Below are positions 9,112 through 17,748 of a stretch of DNA of 33,544 bases, in pieces. The stretch comes from an uncultured archaeon. GTDB taxonomy: Archaea > Altiarchaeota > Altiarchaeia > IMC4 > QMZM01. The DNA lies in NCBI GenBank assembly GCA_964549685.1, contig CAZJVE010000013.1, forward strand, positions 1-33,544, read 5' to 3'. The position numbers were made by a program, and so were the translations under genes. Every line of letters begins with the position of its first letter. Position 1 is the stretch's first letter. The notes beneath the pieces were generated by a model that searched no databases, was not told where the DNA came from, and saw only the letters and a program-made list of their open reading frames with translations.

Positions 9112-9498
9112 ATGATTTCCAAGGTCGTGAGATGGCTTGAAAAGAATTCTAGAATCGCCTGGACTCTTACAGTATGCTATATGATAGTGATATTCATCAT
9201 TTCCTCCATTCCATTCGTGGTGAAGGGCGGTCCTCTGGGAGGCAAGGAGGCACCGATAGTCGAGCACATAATCGAGTATTCGGTCCTTGGTTTTCTCCTC
9301 TTTTGCTCTTTTAGCAGCACTGGAAGGGTCAGGAAACGGGTTATATTTCTCGCTGTTTCAGTAGCTATTCTATACGGCATCTCTGATGAGATTCATCAGT
9401 TCTTCGTGCAGGGTAGACAGTGCGATGTTCTTGACGTGATTGCTAATTCAGTCGGCTCTGTTATCGGCGTTATGGTCGGGGATTACAAGAGGGAGTGA
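9112..9498 (+). CDS. VanZ-like membrane protein
   Basis: YMIVIFIISS, HIIEYSVLG, YGISDEIHQFFVQGR and DVIANSVG motifs. ATG at 9112 preferred over GTG at 9100 because AGGTG lies upstream. Confidence 0.88.
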   Translation: MISKVVRWLEKNSRIAWTLTVCYMIVIFIISSIPFVVKGGPLGGKEAPIVEHIIEYSVLGFLLFCSFSSTGRVRKRVIFLAVSVAILYGISDEIHQFFVQGRQCDVLDVIANSVGSVIGVMVGDYKRE

Positions 9499-10389
9499 TT
9501 ACATCTCCACCAGGCACAGGTCGAGTTCTTTGGCCAGATTCAGTGCATGCTGGAATTCGTTCCAGGTGAGTCTCCTTGTCAGTTCCTCGTAGTCCATCGC
9601 CTTGTGCTCGGGCCTGTACTGAGCCATCACGTTCACCTTTACCGTCCTGCCGAGGTTCTCTGAAATCCATTCCAGAATAGGTCGGGTGCAGCAGTCCAGA
9701 TGCTCTGGTAAGACAAGGTGCCTTATTATGACCTCAGCCTGCTTCTGTGCCAAGAGATGGTTCCTTTGAGTGACTGCCATGTAGTTCTTCACCCCGGACA
9801 ACCTTTCGGCGCATCTGTCGTTGCCGTACTTGAAGTCGGTCAGGTAGATGTCGATGACTCCGTCGAGGAGCTGCATGGACTCCTTGGTCAGGTACATGTT
9901 GGAATTCCATACCTGGGGGATGTTCCTTTCCAGCTTTGTAAGGACCTTGAGGATGTAAGGCAGGTTCGGGGTCGGGTCCCCTCCGACCCAGTTGACGTTC
10001 TTTGCGTTCGCTCTGGAAATCATGTCTGCCATGGTCTCCGGCTTTATCTCGATGCCACGGTTCGGGAACTGGCTGATGTCCCAGTTCTGGCAATAGACGC
10101 ATGAAAAGGTGCAGCCCGAGAAGAATATCGTGTAGGAAGGGACGAGCTCTGATTCTTCTCCGAGATGGCTGAATTCGGAGGCGATTCTTGGTTCAAGGAC
10201 TCTGCAGAATCCCTTCTCTCCCTCAAGCCTGTTGGCTCCGCACCTTCTCTCGCAGAGGTGGCAGCTCTCCAGAATCTCCCCGGCCTTGTTAAGCTTCCCG
10301 TCCAGATTCCTGCAGAGAAGGAAGCTGGCCTTCTCCTTGCCGTCGAGAATTGAGAGGTATCTGTCGAGCGGCTTTTTAGCACTCATCAT
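9499..10389 (-). CDS. pflX: PflX-like radical SAM protein
   Basis: CHLCERRC, HLGEESEL, TIFFSGCTFSCVYCQNWDISQ (CxxxCxxC), NVNWVGGDPTP, IIRHLVLP and NVMAQYRP. Confidence 0.9.
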   Translation of the reverse strand: MMSAKKPLDRYLSILDGKEKASFLLCRNLDGKLNKAGEILESCHLCERRCGANRLEGEKGFCRVLEPRIASEFSHLGEESELVPSYTIFFSGCTFSCVYCQNWDISQFPNRGIEIKPETMADMISRANAKNVNWVGGDPTPNLPYILKVLTKLERNIPQVWNSNMYLTKESMQLLDGVIDIYLTDFKYGNDRCAERLSGVKNYMAVTQRNHLLAQKQAEVIIRHLVLPEHLDCCTRPILEWISENLGRTVKVNVMAQYRPEHKAMDYEELTRRLTWNEFQHALNLAKELDLCLVEM

Positions 10390-10419
10390 AAATATATACT
10401 ATCCACTCCAATTAGCAAA

Positions 10420-11187
10420 ATGGAAGACGCGGTCCTTAAAATCATGAAGAAGCCCAAGCTGAAGAACACCGTTCTTATAGAGGGCCTGCCGGGAATCGGA
10501 CTGGTAGGTAAGCTTGCCGGCGACCAGTTGCTTGATGAATTGAAGGCAAAAAAGTTTGCCGAACTTTATTCTCCCTATCTGCCTCCGCAGGTTAATATAC
10601 AGGAGGACAACACCGTAAGGCTGGTGAGTATGGAGTTCTACTACGCAAAGGGGAAGAAGAACGACATAATTATCCTTGTCGGGGAATTCCAAGGAATCAC
10701 GCCCGACAGCCAGTACAGGATTGCTGAAAAGGCTCTCGACCTTGCGGAAGAATTCAACGTCAATAAAATCTTCACTCTCGGCGGGCTTGGGACAGGGAAT
10801 ATAACGAATAAACCAAGGGTGTTTGGTGCTGTAACCCATAAGGGGCTGGTGGGCGACCTGGAAAAGGCGGGGGTTGTTTTCAGGGGTACTGGAGCTATTT
10901 TTGGCGCAAGCGGCCTTCTGCTAGGGCTTGGGATGTATAGGGGAGTGGATGCCATATGTTTAATGGGAGAGACACACGGTCAGATAATAGACGCAAAGGC
11001 AGCAGAGGCTGTACTCACGGTCCTTACCAAGCTTCTCGAAATAAAAATAGACATGACGGAGCTCGAGAAGAAGGCCAAGGAGACCGAAAAGCAGCTCAGC
11101 AAGATGAGCAAGATGATGGAGGAGCAGAAAAAGGCCCAGGAAAGGCAGCAGAGGTTTTCTGAAGAGGTTCCCACCTACATAAGGTGA
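10420..11187 (+). CDS. PAC2 family proteasome assembly chaperone-like protein
   Basis: LIEGLPGIGLVGKLA, LYSPYLPPQV, IFTLGG, GASGLLLG and CLMGETHG; C-terminus TYIR. Confidence 0.9.
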   Translation: MEDAVLKIMKKPKLKNTVLIEGLPGIGLVGKLAGDQLLDELKAKKFAELYSPYLPPQVNIQEDNTVRLVSMEFYYAKGKKNDIIILVGEFQGITPDSQYRIAEKALDLAEEFNVNKIFTLGGLGTGNITNKPRVFGAVTHKGLVGDLEKAGVVFRGTGAIFGASGLLLGLGMYRGVDAICLMGETHGQIIDAKAAEAVLTVLTKLLEIKIDMTELEKKAKETEKQLSKMSKMMEEQKKAQERQQRFSEEVPTYIR

Positions 11188-11238
11188 GAAGCTGTTTCTG
11201 TTATTTTTCTTTATGAGTAAAGAATAAGGGATTTGAAT

Positions 11239-12465
11239 ATGAAGCGATACGATGTAGACTTCCATATACACTCGAAGTATTCGGGGGGGACTTCAAGTAG
11301 CATGGAGCTGCCCCTTATAGCAAGGGAGGCAGAACTCAAGGGGCTTCATCTTGTCGGCACGGGAGATGCACTGGACCCAAGATGGCTAAAGCATCTGAAG
11401 GAGAATCTGATTGAGGACAGCTATGGAATCTACTTTACAAAAGATGCGAAGACCCACTTCATGATTACTGCCGAGGTGGAGGATTCGAGGAGGGTTCATC
11501 ATCTCCTTCTTCTTCCCTCAAGGTCAGCCGCGGAATCCCTGATTGACAGGTTCAGGAAATACTCCAACGACATAGGCAAAGACGGAAGGCCCAGTATCAG
11601 ACTTACTGGCGAAGAGATAGTGGACTATGCCAGGGAGGTCGATGCCATGGTAGGCCCTGCGCATGCATTCACACCATGGACTGCTATCTACAAGGAATAC
11701 GACTCAATAGAGGGGTGTTATGGCTCGAATTCCAAGAGAGTGAAATTCCTGGAGCTTGGCCTTTCCGCAGATTCGTATCTCGCTGACAGAATCCCCGAGC
11801 TGAATGGGGTTACATTCCTCAGCAATTCCGACACACATTCTCCGTGGCCCCATCGCCTCGGGAGAGAATTTAATCGCTTGGAGTTAAAGAACCTGGACTT
11901 CGACGATATAAAGGATGTCATAGAGAGAAAAAAGGGGCGAAAGTTTGTCCTTAATGTCGGATTGAATCCAAAGGAGGGTAAATACCATCTGTCGGCGTGC
12001 TCAAGATGCTATCAGAGGTTCATGTTAAAGGACGCGCTGATGATGAAGTGGAAGTGTCCCGAATGCAATGGAAGGATAAAGAAGGGCGTGTTTGACAGGA
12101 TTGAAGAGCTTGCGAAATTCAAGGAGCCGAAGCATCCCTGGCACAGGCCCCCATATCTTCACATAATCCCTCTCGCAGAGGTAATATCCGTCGTTACCGG
12201 AATCAGGACGATAACAAGTAAAACCATACAGGAAAGATGGAAGTCCCTGGTCGATTTATTCGGGACCGAGATAAACGTGCTTGTTGATTCTGAGATAGCA
12301 GATGTCAAGAGAGCCGACCTTGAAGTGGGCAGGGTCATAGAAAAATTCCGGCAGGGTAAGATTCAGTACGTTGGTGGTGGCGGAGGACAGTACGGCAGGC
12401 CAACCCTCAAGGGAGAAGGGGACGAATTCTGGGGCTCCGGGCAGAGGTCGCTTACAGATTTCTAG
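11239..12465 (+). CDS. endoQ: Endonuclease Q (TIGR00375 family PHP-domain DNA repair nuclease)
   Basis: DFHIHSKYS, GTGD, GPAHAFTPW, ELGLSAD, SNSDTHS, GREFN, Zn finger CSRC...CPEC, GGGGQYG and C-terminal PIP-like QRSLTDF. ATG 11239 preferred to TTG 11233. Confidence 0.9.
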   Translation: MKRYDVDFHIHSKYSGGTSSSMELPLIAREAELKGLHLVGTGDALDPRWLKHLKENLIEDSYGIYFTKDAKTHFMITAEVEDSRRVHHLLLLPSRSAAESLIDRFRKYSNDIGKDGRPSIRLTGEEIVDYAREVDAMVGPAHAFTPWTAIYKEYDSIEGCYGSNSKRVKFLELGLSADSYLADRIPELNGVTFLSNSDTHSPWPHRLGREFNRLELKNLDFDDIKDVIERKKGRKFVLNVGLNPKEGKYHLSACSRCYQRFMLKDALMMKWKCPECNGRIKKGVFDRIEELAKFKEPKHPWHRPPYLHIIPLAEVISVVTGIRTITSKTIQERWKSLVDLFGTEINVLVDSEIADVKRADLEVGRVIEKFRQGKIQYVGGGGGQYGRPTLKGEGDEFWGSGQRSLTDF

Positions 12466-13197
12466 TTAGCAGTCCGGGTCAGAACAGCTTACACCGTAGT
12501 CTGTGGGGCATATGCTGTCGCTATCGCCGCAATCATAGACGGTCGAACATATCATAACGCTTGATGAGGGTATGGTCGTGGTTGTAGGGGCTACTGACGT
12601 CGTTGAGGTTGATGTCGTTGAGGTTGATGTCGTTGAGGTTGTTGATATTGAGGTTGTTGATGTAGTAGATATTGACGTGGTCGTTGTCACAGAGGTTGTT
12701 GTTATCTGCAGATGGAACTCATAAAAGCCGTGGATGACTCCTCTTTCCCAGCGCGATATTTCAGTACTGCCCACCCTCCCGGAGTAGGACAGGTTGACGT
12801 AAAGAGTATATGGGGTTCCCCTTGGCTTTAGCCCGTCCACACAATCAGTGGCACGAATCCAGAACTGCTCGTCCCTTCTTTTATTCCCGGTCCCGTTGGT
12901 TATGTTGCATTCCTTGGCGGGCGGCCCGATCATATTCATTATCGTGATATTGCTGACGTTGATAACATAGCCCGCACCATTAACAAAGATTCCCGAGAAG
13001 TTCCCGTCAGGGGTTAATAGTATGCTTGTTTCAAGGGGCTTAATCTTTGAGAACCCGGACACTGTGACTCCCGTCTGCTCCACGTTGAAGACTCCAAGAT
13101 ACCAGAGGGTCGCCCCTATTATCAGCAGGACTATGATTGCCCATCCATAGGCCATCACGTATTCAAATGCCCCCTGACCTCTCTTGCTTGGATTCAT
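12466..13197 (-). CDS. Class III signal peptide (pilin-like) protein with Thr/Ser stalk and Cys/Asp-rich C-terminus
   Basis: The true start appears to be MNPSKRG/QGAFEYVMAYGWAIIVLLIIG (prepilin-peptidase motif with +5 Glu), 1 nt after the upstream stop. The ORF track's N-terminal 82 aa overlap another gene. Confidence 0.82.
   Translation of the reverse strand: MNPSKRGQGAFEYVMAYGWAIIVLLIIGATLWYLGVFNVEQTGVTVSGFSKIKPLETSILLTPDGNFSGIFVNGAGYVINVSNITIMNMIGPPAKECNITNGTGNKRRDEQFWIRATDCVDGLKPRGTPYTLYVNLSYSGRVGSTEISRWERGVIHGFYEFHLQITTTSVTTTTSISTTSTTSISTTSTTSTSTTSTSTTSVAPTTTTIPSSSVMICSTVYDCGDSDSICPTDYGVSCSDPDC
12575..12705 (-). repeat. Thr/Ser low-complexity coding repeat, including a 15-bp unit CGTTGAGGTTGATGT x2 plus a degenerate third copy
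   Basis: Direct repeats at 12601-12615 and 12616-12630, degenerate at 12631-12645; encodes TTSTS-like units. Confidence 0.85.
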
Positions 13198-13198
13198 T

Positions 13199-13762
13199 CT
13201 AAAAGGTTGATATCTGGTCGATTGTCCCGCCGCAGCAGGCCCATTCGTAATTTGCTCCTCCGTTTTTCCTGACGCAGCCACTAACGGGTGGGTCGCAATT
13301 TGAATGCCCCGTATCTGCTGTCTTCCAGTCGCTACACCCGGTGCATGGTGCTCCAAGGTTGCATCCGCTTGGAGGCGATGCGGTGCTTGCATAAAGGTGA
13401 AGCAGGGTGCTGTCCCCTGAGTTGTATGTGTCTGTTCCGCCAAGGTACGAAACGGTAGGCTCTCCCGAGGGGGTTACATTGAGCCTTATGGCCTTGCCTT
13501 CATCAACTCCGGTGCCGGGAATATTGAAACTGTACCAGGCCTCTCCCTGGTCTTCGACTGCTGTCGTCTCATCTCTATATTCATAATTGCCCGGGCTCAC
13601 CTCGACGTAGGCCTTGACTGTCGCATCAATAGCCGGGGAACCATCGATTGTAACCTTCCCCCAGAAATTCGGATATATGACCGGCTGTGCATATACCATG
13701 ATGAGCAGTATCGCAGCTATCAGGAGGGCCGAACCCAAGACGATTATGTTCCTTCCTTTCAT
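13199..13762 (-). CDS. Secreted beta-rich protein with Cys-rich C-terminal module
   Basis: Signal peptide MKGRNIIVLGSALLIAAILLIMVYA; PNFWGKVTIDG...TYNSG domain; seven Cys in the last ~55 aa. Confidence 0.78.
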   Translation of the reverse strand: MKGRNIIVLGSALLIAAILLIMVYAQPVIYPNFWGKVTIDGSPAIDATVKAYVEVSPGNYEYRDETTAVEDQGEAWYSFNIPGTGVDEGKAIRLNVTPSGEPTVSYLGGTDTYNSGDSTLLHLYASTASPPSGCNLGAPCTGCSDWKTADTGHSNCDPPVSGCVRKNGGANYEWACCGGTIDQISTF

Positions 13763-13788
13763 TTTTATTAATATTAGATTTTCTTAGA

Positions 13789-14562
13789 TTAAACTGGCTC
13801 GAACGGTAATGATATCAGGTTCCAGCCCTGGTTGAGGTTTATGGTGGAGCGGTCATAGACCGTCGGTCCCTGTAGTGTTGCACTTGATGTAGCAACAAAG
13901 CCATCAGAGCCGCTGAACTTGTAAGTATGCGTTCCTACAGAGAGTCCGGAGACCTGGACCGAATACTGATTCACGTCCTTGTATTGGCTCTGCGTCGTTG
14001 CGTCGGAGAAGTCCCCGGTTATGTCATAGGGAGTGCCGCTCACATCGACGTTCAGCCAGCTTGGAGCATCATTATCCTGGTCGCTATAGTAAACCGTAAA
14101 GGTGAATGTGGTATCTGTATATCCGATGGAGGGGCTAACGCTTCCGTTCAATACGGGCGGATTGTCACAATTTGTACAGGTAAGGTTAAGTCCCTCGATA
14201 TTGCCTGAGTTCCATGTTGCTGTCTGGTCGGCAGTAAAGCCATTTATCTTGAAGACAATGGTATCGCCGCTTACGCCGCCGTCTTTCTCCGGGGTGTCTC
14301 CGTTGTCCGGCGGTATTGTGAGATATGAGGCCTCGGGGTCCAGACTTATATGCGGACCGTATATTCCCTTCACCCGGGTGAGATATGCGGAATATGTTAT
14401 CTCCTCCCCGTCAATCCATATCGTTATCTCTGTGCCCATGGGCGCCTCGACACTGTCTCTTATTATGCCTCCATAGTATGATGCAGGCATGAGCTGTGAC
14501 GTTGCAGCGTAGATCCCGATGATGATTAGGATTCCTGCAAGGTAACGGCTATGTTTTCTCAT
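13789..14562 (-). CDS. Secreted two-domain Ig-like/beta-sandwich surface protein
   Basis: Signal peptide; PASYYG...GDTIVFKING...TWNSG domain; NPPVL...VSPSIG...FTFTVYYSDQDNDAP domain; ends in INLNQGWNLISLPFEPV. Confidence 0.8.
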   Translation of the reverse strand: MRKHSRYLAGILIIIGIYAATSQLMPASYYGGIIRDSVEAPMGTEITIWIDGEEITYSAYLTRVKGIYGPHISLDPEASYLTIPPDNGDTPEKDGGVSGDTIVFKINGFTADQTATWNSGNIEGLNLTCTNCDNPPVLNGSVSPSIGYTDTTFTFTVYYSDQDNDAPSWLNVDVSGTPYDITGDFSDATTQSQYKDVNQYSVQVSGLSVGTHTYKFSGSDGFVATSSATLQGPTVYDRSTINLNQGWNLISLPFEPV

Positions 14563-14568
14563 TTTGTT

Positions 14569-15471
14569 TCAATATGGTCTTGTGGTTTCCAGTATTACAA
14601 GCGTATCGTCTTCGGTCATCTTTATGAAATACCCCGTTGTAGGAGTTACGTTCTTGAGTGACCATAATTCGTCTCTCAGGGGTTCGGGGATAGATTCTAT
14701 CGCATCCATCCATTCCCCATTCTCATAGGCCCGGAGCTGGGCCCAGTTGCTGCCAAGCGAGGCATCAAGGAAATTTTCAACAGAGATTGTCGCGTTCCTT
14801 GGATAGCCAATCATGTTCCATCCATCCCAGTTATCCTGCGAATAGGTGGAGTTATATAACTGCATCTCGATTTCCTTGTAGTAATGGATTCCTGTCGCGG
14901 TGATATTGTCATCATTGGTTAGGGTGTCACTTACGTTAACCCAATAGCTGTTTAGATTGCTTATCTTACCTATCTGGTCTGGAACCGGAATCCCTACCTT
15001 ATTCTTGCACCAAAACCATTCAGCAGACCTGCAGTCATCCTTGCTGTGGGTCTGTATGATGTTCCACTTTCCGTCAACCTGCTCCAGGAATGAGTCAAGC
15101 GTTTCATTTACGAGCTGATATGGAGTCGATATCAGATTCCAGCCGGTGTAGAGGGATATGTTGTACTCCTCCACGGGAACCACCTCGAATTCTCTTACCT
15201 CTCTCGTTTCGTGGTAGGGGAGGGATGTTGTTGTCCCTTCCTGGGTGGCTATCCCCGAACCGCTGATTTGGTCCCCCTCTCTTGATTCCATGAGTGGCGG
15301 GGTTTCGATGGTTTCGGTTGTTTCATCGGCAGTATCGGTGCCGGTAATGGATTCCCATATCTGGGTGAGCGTGTCCATCAAATCGGAGTTTTCGGGCTGT
15401 GCAATAGCGAAACTAGGCAACAGAACCAGAATCAGTGCAACAACGCCAATGAAAGCAAACCGTTTATCCAT
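14569..15471 (-). CDS. Secreted protein with GWNLIS/GWNMIG repeat domain
   Basis: Signal peptide ending AIA; acidic Thr-rich linker; LYTGWNLISTP...YWVNV and GWNMIGYP...GYFIKM half-repeats; several N-x-S/T sequons. Confidence 0.8.
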   Translation of the reverse strand: MDKRFAFIGVVALILVLLPSFAIAQPENSDLMDTLTQIWESITGTDTADETTETIETPPLMESREGDQISGSGIATQEGTTTSLPYHETREVREFEVVPVEEYNISLYTGWNLISTPYQLVNETLDSFLEQVDGKWNIIQTHSKDDCRSAEWFWCKNKVGIPVPDQIGKISNLNSYWVNVSDTLTNDDNITATGIHYYKEIEMQLYNSTYSQDNWDGWNMIGYPRNATISVENFLDASLGSNWAQLRAYENGEWMDAIESIPEPLRDELWSLKNVTPTTGYFIKMTEDDTLVILETTRPY

Positions 15472-15505
15472 CTCTATTTAAGATTTAATTTTTATGCATA
15501 AATAT

Positions 15506-16759
15506 TTATGCTTTTTGCCACCTATCGTCCCATTCCACCTTTACCTTATGCTTAGATTCACGCAGCGAATTCTCGATTGAATTCCTTGCCGCCAGAATCC
15601 TTTCCCTGACCTGAGCTTTTTTCCTTTCTATCTTCTCAGGCTCCCTTTTGAGTTCGTCCAGTTTTGTGCCAAGGTGCTCTATCTCCGCCATCAGCTCCCT
15701 GCCCCTTCCGCTTTTCTTGAAGGATGCAAGCTTCTTGGATACCTGGACCAATTCTGATTCGATTGATGCATGAAGTTCTCTCAGCCCCAGGAGCTCCTCA
15801 AGGTTCTTCTCGACTCTTGCTATTTTATCGAGTTCGCTCTTCTTTATTTTGAGTTTCCCGGAGTCGATTGCCTTCTTTATGTCCTTAACGATGGAGTCCA
15901 GGTCCGGGCCCCTGGATATGAACTCCTGCAGTGGGTTTTTGATGTAGGCGTCGATGTCCTTCCTGTCCAGTTCCTTTTTGAGTTTCTTCAGGGGTCGTTT
16001 AATTGGTGATAGGTAACCGTGAATCTTTGTTTCTATGCCCCTCTTTTTCTCGCCAAGCTCGTTCAGCTTTTCCTGGAGGGAGTGAAACTCCCTGAACTCG
16101 GGACTTTTCTCGAAGTCTGCCCGCTCCTGGATAAGTTTTTTCTTATCCTCCAGCGTCTTTTTCAGTTCCTTCTCAATCTCCTTTTCCCTGGAAGCAAGCT
16201 CCTTCAGCCTTCCGGATTCCTTCTCGATTTCGCTGATGTTATCGAGTATGGACTCATAGGTGCTCTCTGGGATGAACTCCTTCAACTCCTTTCCCTTCGC
16301 GACAATGGACTTCAGCTCCTTGGCCATGTCCTGGATTACGTCGCCAAAGGCCACTGGGAGATATCTGCCCTGCCCTCCAATCACCTTTCCCATGCTGAGG
16401 ATTGTAGCATTGAGATTACGGTGGAATTCCCCGATGTCCTCCCTGCTGGAATTCTCGATGTCCCTGAGATAATCGTGAACCCCCCTGACGAACTCCGGCT
16501 TTGAAGCAATGACTATCTTCTTGGCCCGTTTAGGGATGTTCTTTGGGCAGTCGGTCATTTCAAGCTTGTCTGCATATTCATTTATCCTCCCAACGGATTT
16601 TAGAATATCATCAACTATCGGCTTGGCATTCCTGTAGCTTTCCTTGCTTTCCTTCTCTATTCTTTCCCGCAGCCAGTCATCTAGTTCTGAGAATTTGATA
16701 CTCTTTATTTTTTCAGATGGCTTCTCTCCTTTGCCGAAGAATCTATCGAGGAATCTCAT
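15506..16759 (-). CDS. Long coiled-coil protein with N-terminal amphipathic helix
   Basis: 417 aa, K/E/L-rich heptads, starts MRFLDRFFGK; ATGA overlap with the fni stop. Confidence 0.78.
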   Translation of the reverse strand: MRFLDRFFGKGEKPSEKIKSIKFSELDDWLRERIEKESKESYRNAKPIVDDILKSVGRINEYADKLEMTDCPKNIPKRAKKIVIASKPEFVRGVHDYLRDIENSSREDIGEFHRNLNATILSMGKVIGGQGRYLPVAFGDVIQDMAKELKSIVAKGKELKEFIPESTYESILDNISEIEKESGRLKELASREKEIEKELKKTLEDKKKLIQERADFEKSPEFREFHSLQEKLNELGEKKRGIETKIHGYLSPIKRPLKKLKKELDRKDIDAYIKNPLQEFISRGPDLDSIVKDIKKAIDSGKLKIKKSELDKIARVEKNLEELLGLRELHASIESELVQVSKKLASFKKSGRGRELMAEIEHLGTKLDELKREPEKIERKKAQVRERILAARNSIENSLRESKHKVKVEWDDRWQKA

Positions 16760-17733
16760 TCCCGTACCCTGCCCCTGAGCTCACCAACCGCCCCGGAGCC
16801 CGTAAGGAACATCGCTATCCTCAGCTCGGTAAGGAACCTGTTCAGGAATTTCATGGCTCCCTTCTTTCCGTCTGCAGAGTATGCCTTCAGGACGGGGAGT
16901 GCTATTCCAACGCAGTCGGCTCCCAGGGCTATTGCCTTCGCAGCGTCCAGGCCGCTTCTTATCCCGCCGGACCCTATGACCGGTACGTTGCCTGAGACCT
17001 CCCTTATGCAATCAGCTGTTGGAATTCCCCAGCCGGCGAAGGTTTTGCCTATTTCTTCCTGGTTGGCCCTGTAGCCTTCCACAAGACTCCATGAAGTGCC
17101 TCCTGCTCCTCCAACATCTATTGCATCCACCTTGAGCTGGGCTGCAATCTCATGGGAAATTCCGGAGCCGACCTCCTTTGCTATTACTGGCTTGTCGAGC
17201 TTTGAGGATATCTCATTTACCTTTTCGATTAAGCCTGAGAAGTTTCTCTCTCCCTCGGGCTGAATTGCCTCCTGCAATGGGTTCAGATGGAGAGCAAGAG
17301 CGTCTGCATCAATCATCTCGATTGCCCTCTTGCATTCATCAAGGCCGTATTCGTTGTTCAGCTGTATTGCACCAAGGTTGGCTATGAGCAGTATGTCCGG
17401 GGCAATGTCTCTCACCTTGAATGTCAATTCCAGAGCCTTGTCCTCTATTGCGATGCGCTGACTCCCTACTCCAAAGCCGATTCCGAGTTCCTGGGAGATT
17501 TCAGCCAGCTCCCTGTTTATCTTTTCCGCCTCCTTCGTTCCCCCGGTTATACCCTCGATGATTAACGGGTATTCCAGAGTCTTGCCGAGGAATTCTATTT
17601 CGGTATTGACCTCGTCCAGGTTCAGCTCGGGGAGAGCCCTGTGAACCAGCCTCACCCTCTCGAATCCCGTGCTTCCGGCCTCGACGTCCTTTTCGAGGCA
17701 TATCCTTATGTGGTCGAGTTTTCTATCCTTCAT
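16756..17733 (-). CDS. fni: Type 2 isopentenyl-diphosphate delta-isomerase (FMN-dependent)
   Basis: RKLDHI, ITGG, GVGSQR, HLNPLQEAIQPEG, KEVGSG, GAGGTSW and SGGIRSGLD. Confidence 0.96.
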   Translation of the reverse strand: MKDRKLDHIRICLEKDVEAGSTGFERVRLVHRALPELNLDEVNTEIEFLGKTLEYPLIIEGITGGTKEAEKINRELAEISQELGIGFGVGSQRIAIEDKALELTFKVRDIAPDILLIANLGAIQLNNEYGLDECKRAIEMIDADALALHLNPLQEAIQPEGERNFSGLIEKVNEISSKLDKPVIAKEVGSGISHEIAAQLKVDAIDVGGAGGTSWSLVEGYRANQEEIGKTFAGWGIPTADCIREVSGNVPVIGSGGIRSGLDAAKAIALGADCVGIALPVLKAYSADGKKGAMKFLNRFLTELRIAMFLTGSGAVGELRGRVRE

Positions 17734-17748
17734 TGTTATCTATTTGGC

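Noticed and set aside
9112-9498. VanZ as a glycopeptide resistance determinant
   Set aside because: No other van genes are present, and VanZ-like proteins are widespread with unknown function.
12601-12645. 15-bp direct repeats as a possible CRISPR or regulatory array
   Set aside because: There are no spacers; the repeats are in frame and encode a Thr/Ser linker.
13198-13443. N-terminal 82 aa of the ORF-track call 12466..13443
   Set aside because: It overlaps the real gene 13199..13762 in another frame, and the class III signal peptide starts at Met 13197.
6038-13779. Shared 12-mer TTAATATTAGAT upstream of moxR copy 1 and of the 13199..13762 gene
   Set aside because: It is a low-complexity AT-rich match between unrelated genes, insufficient evidence for a common regulator.
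15491-15502. Palindrome TTTATGCATAAA upstream of the surface-protein cluster
   Set aside because: It is a single copy in very AT-rich DNA overlapping the likely TATA region, and plausibly arises by chance.
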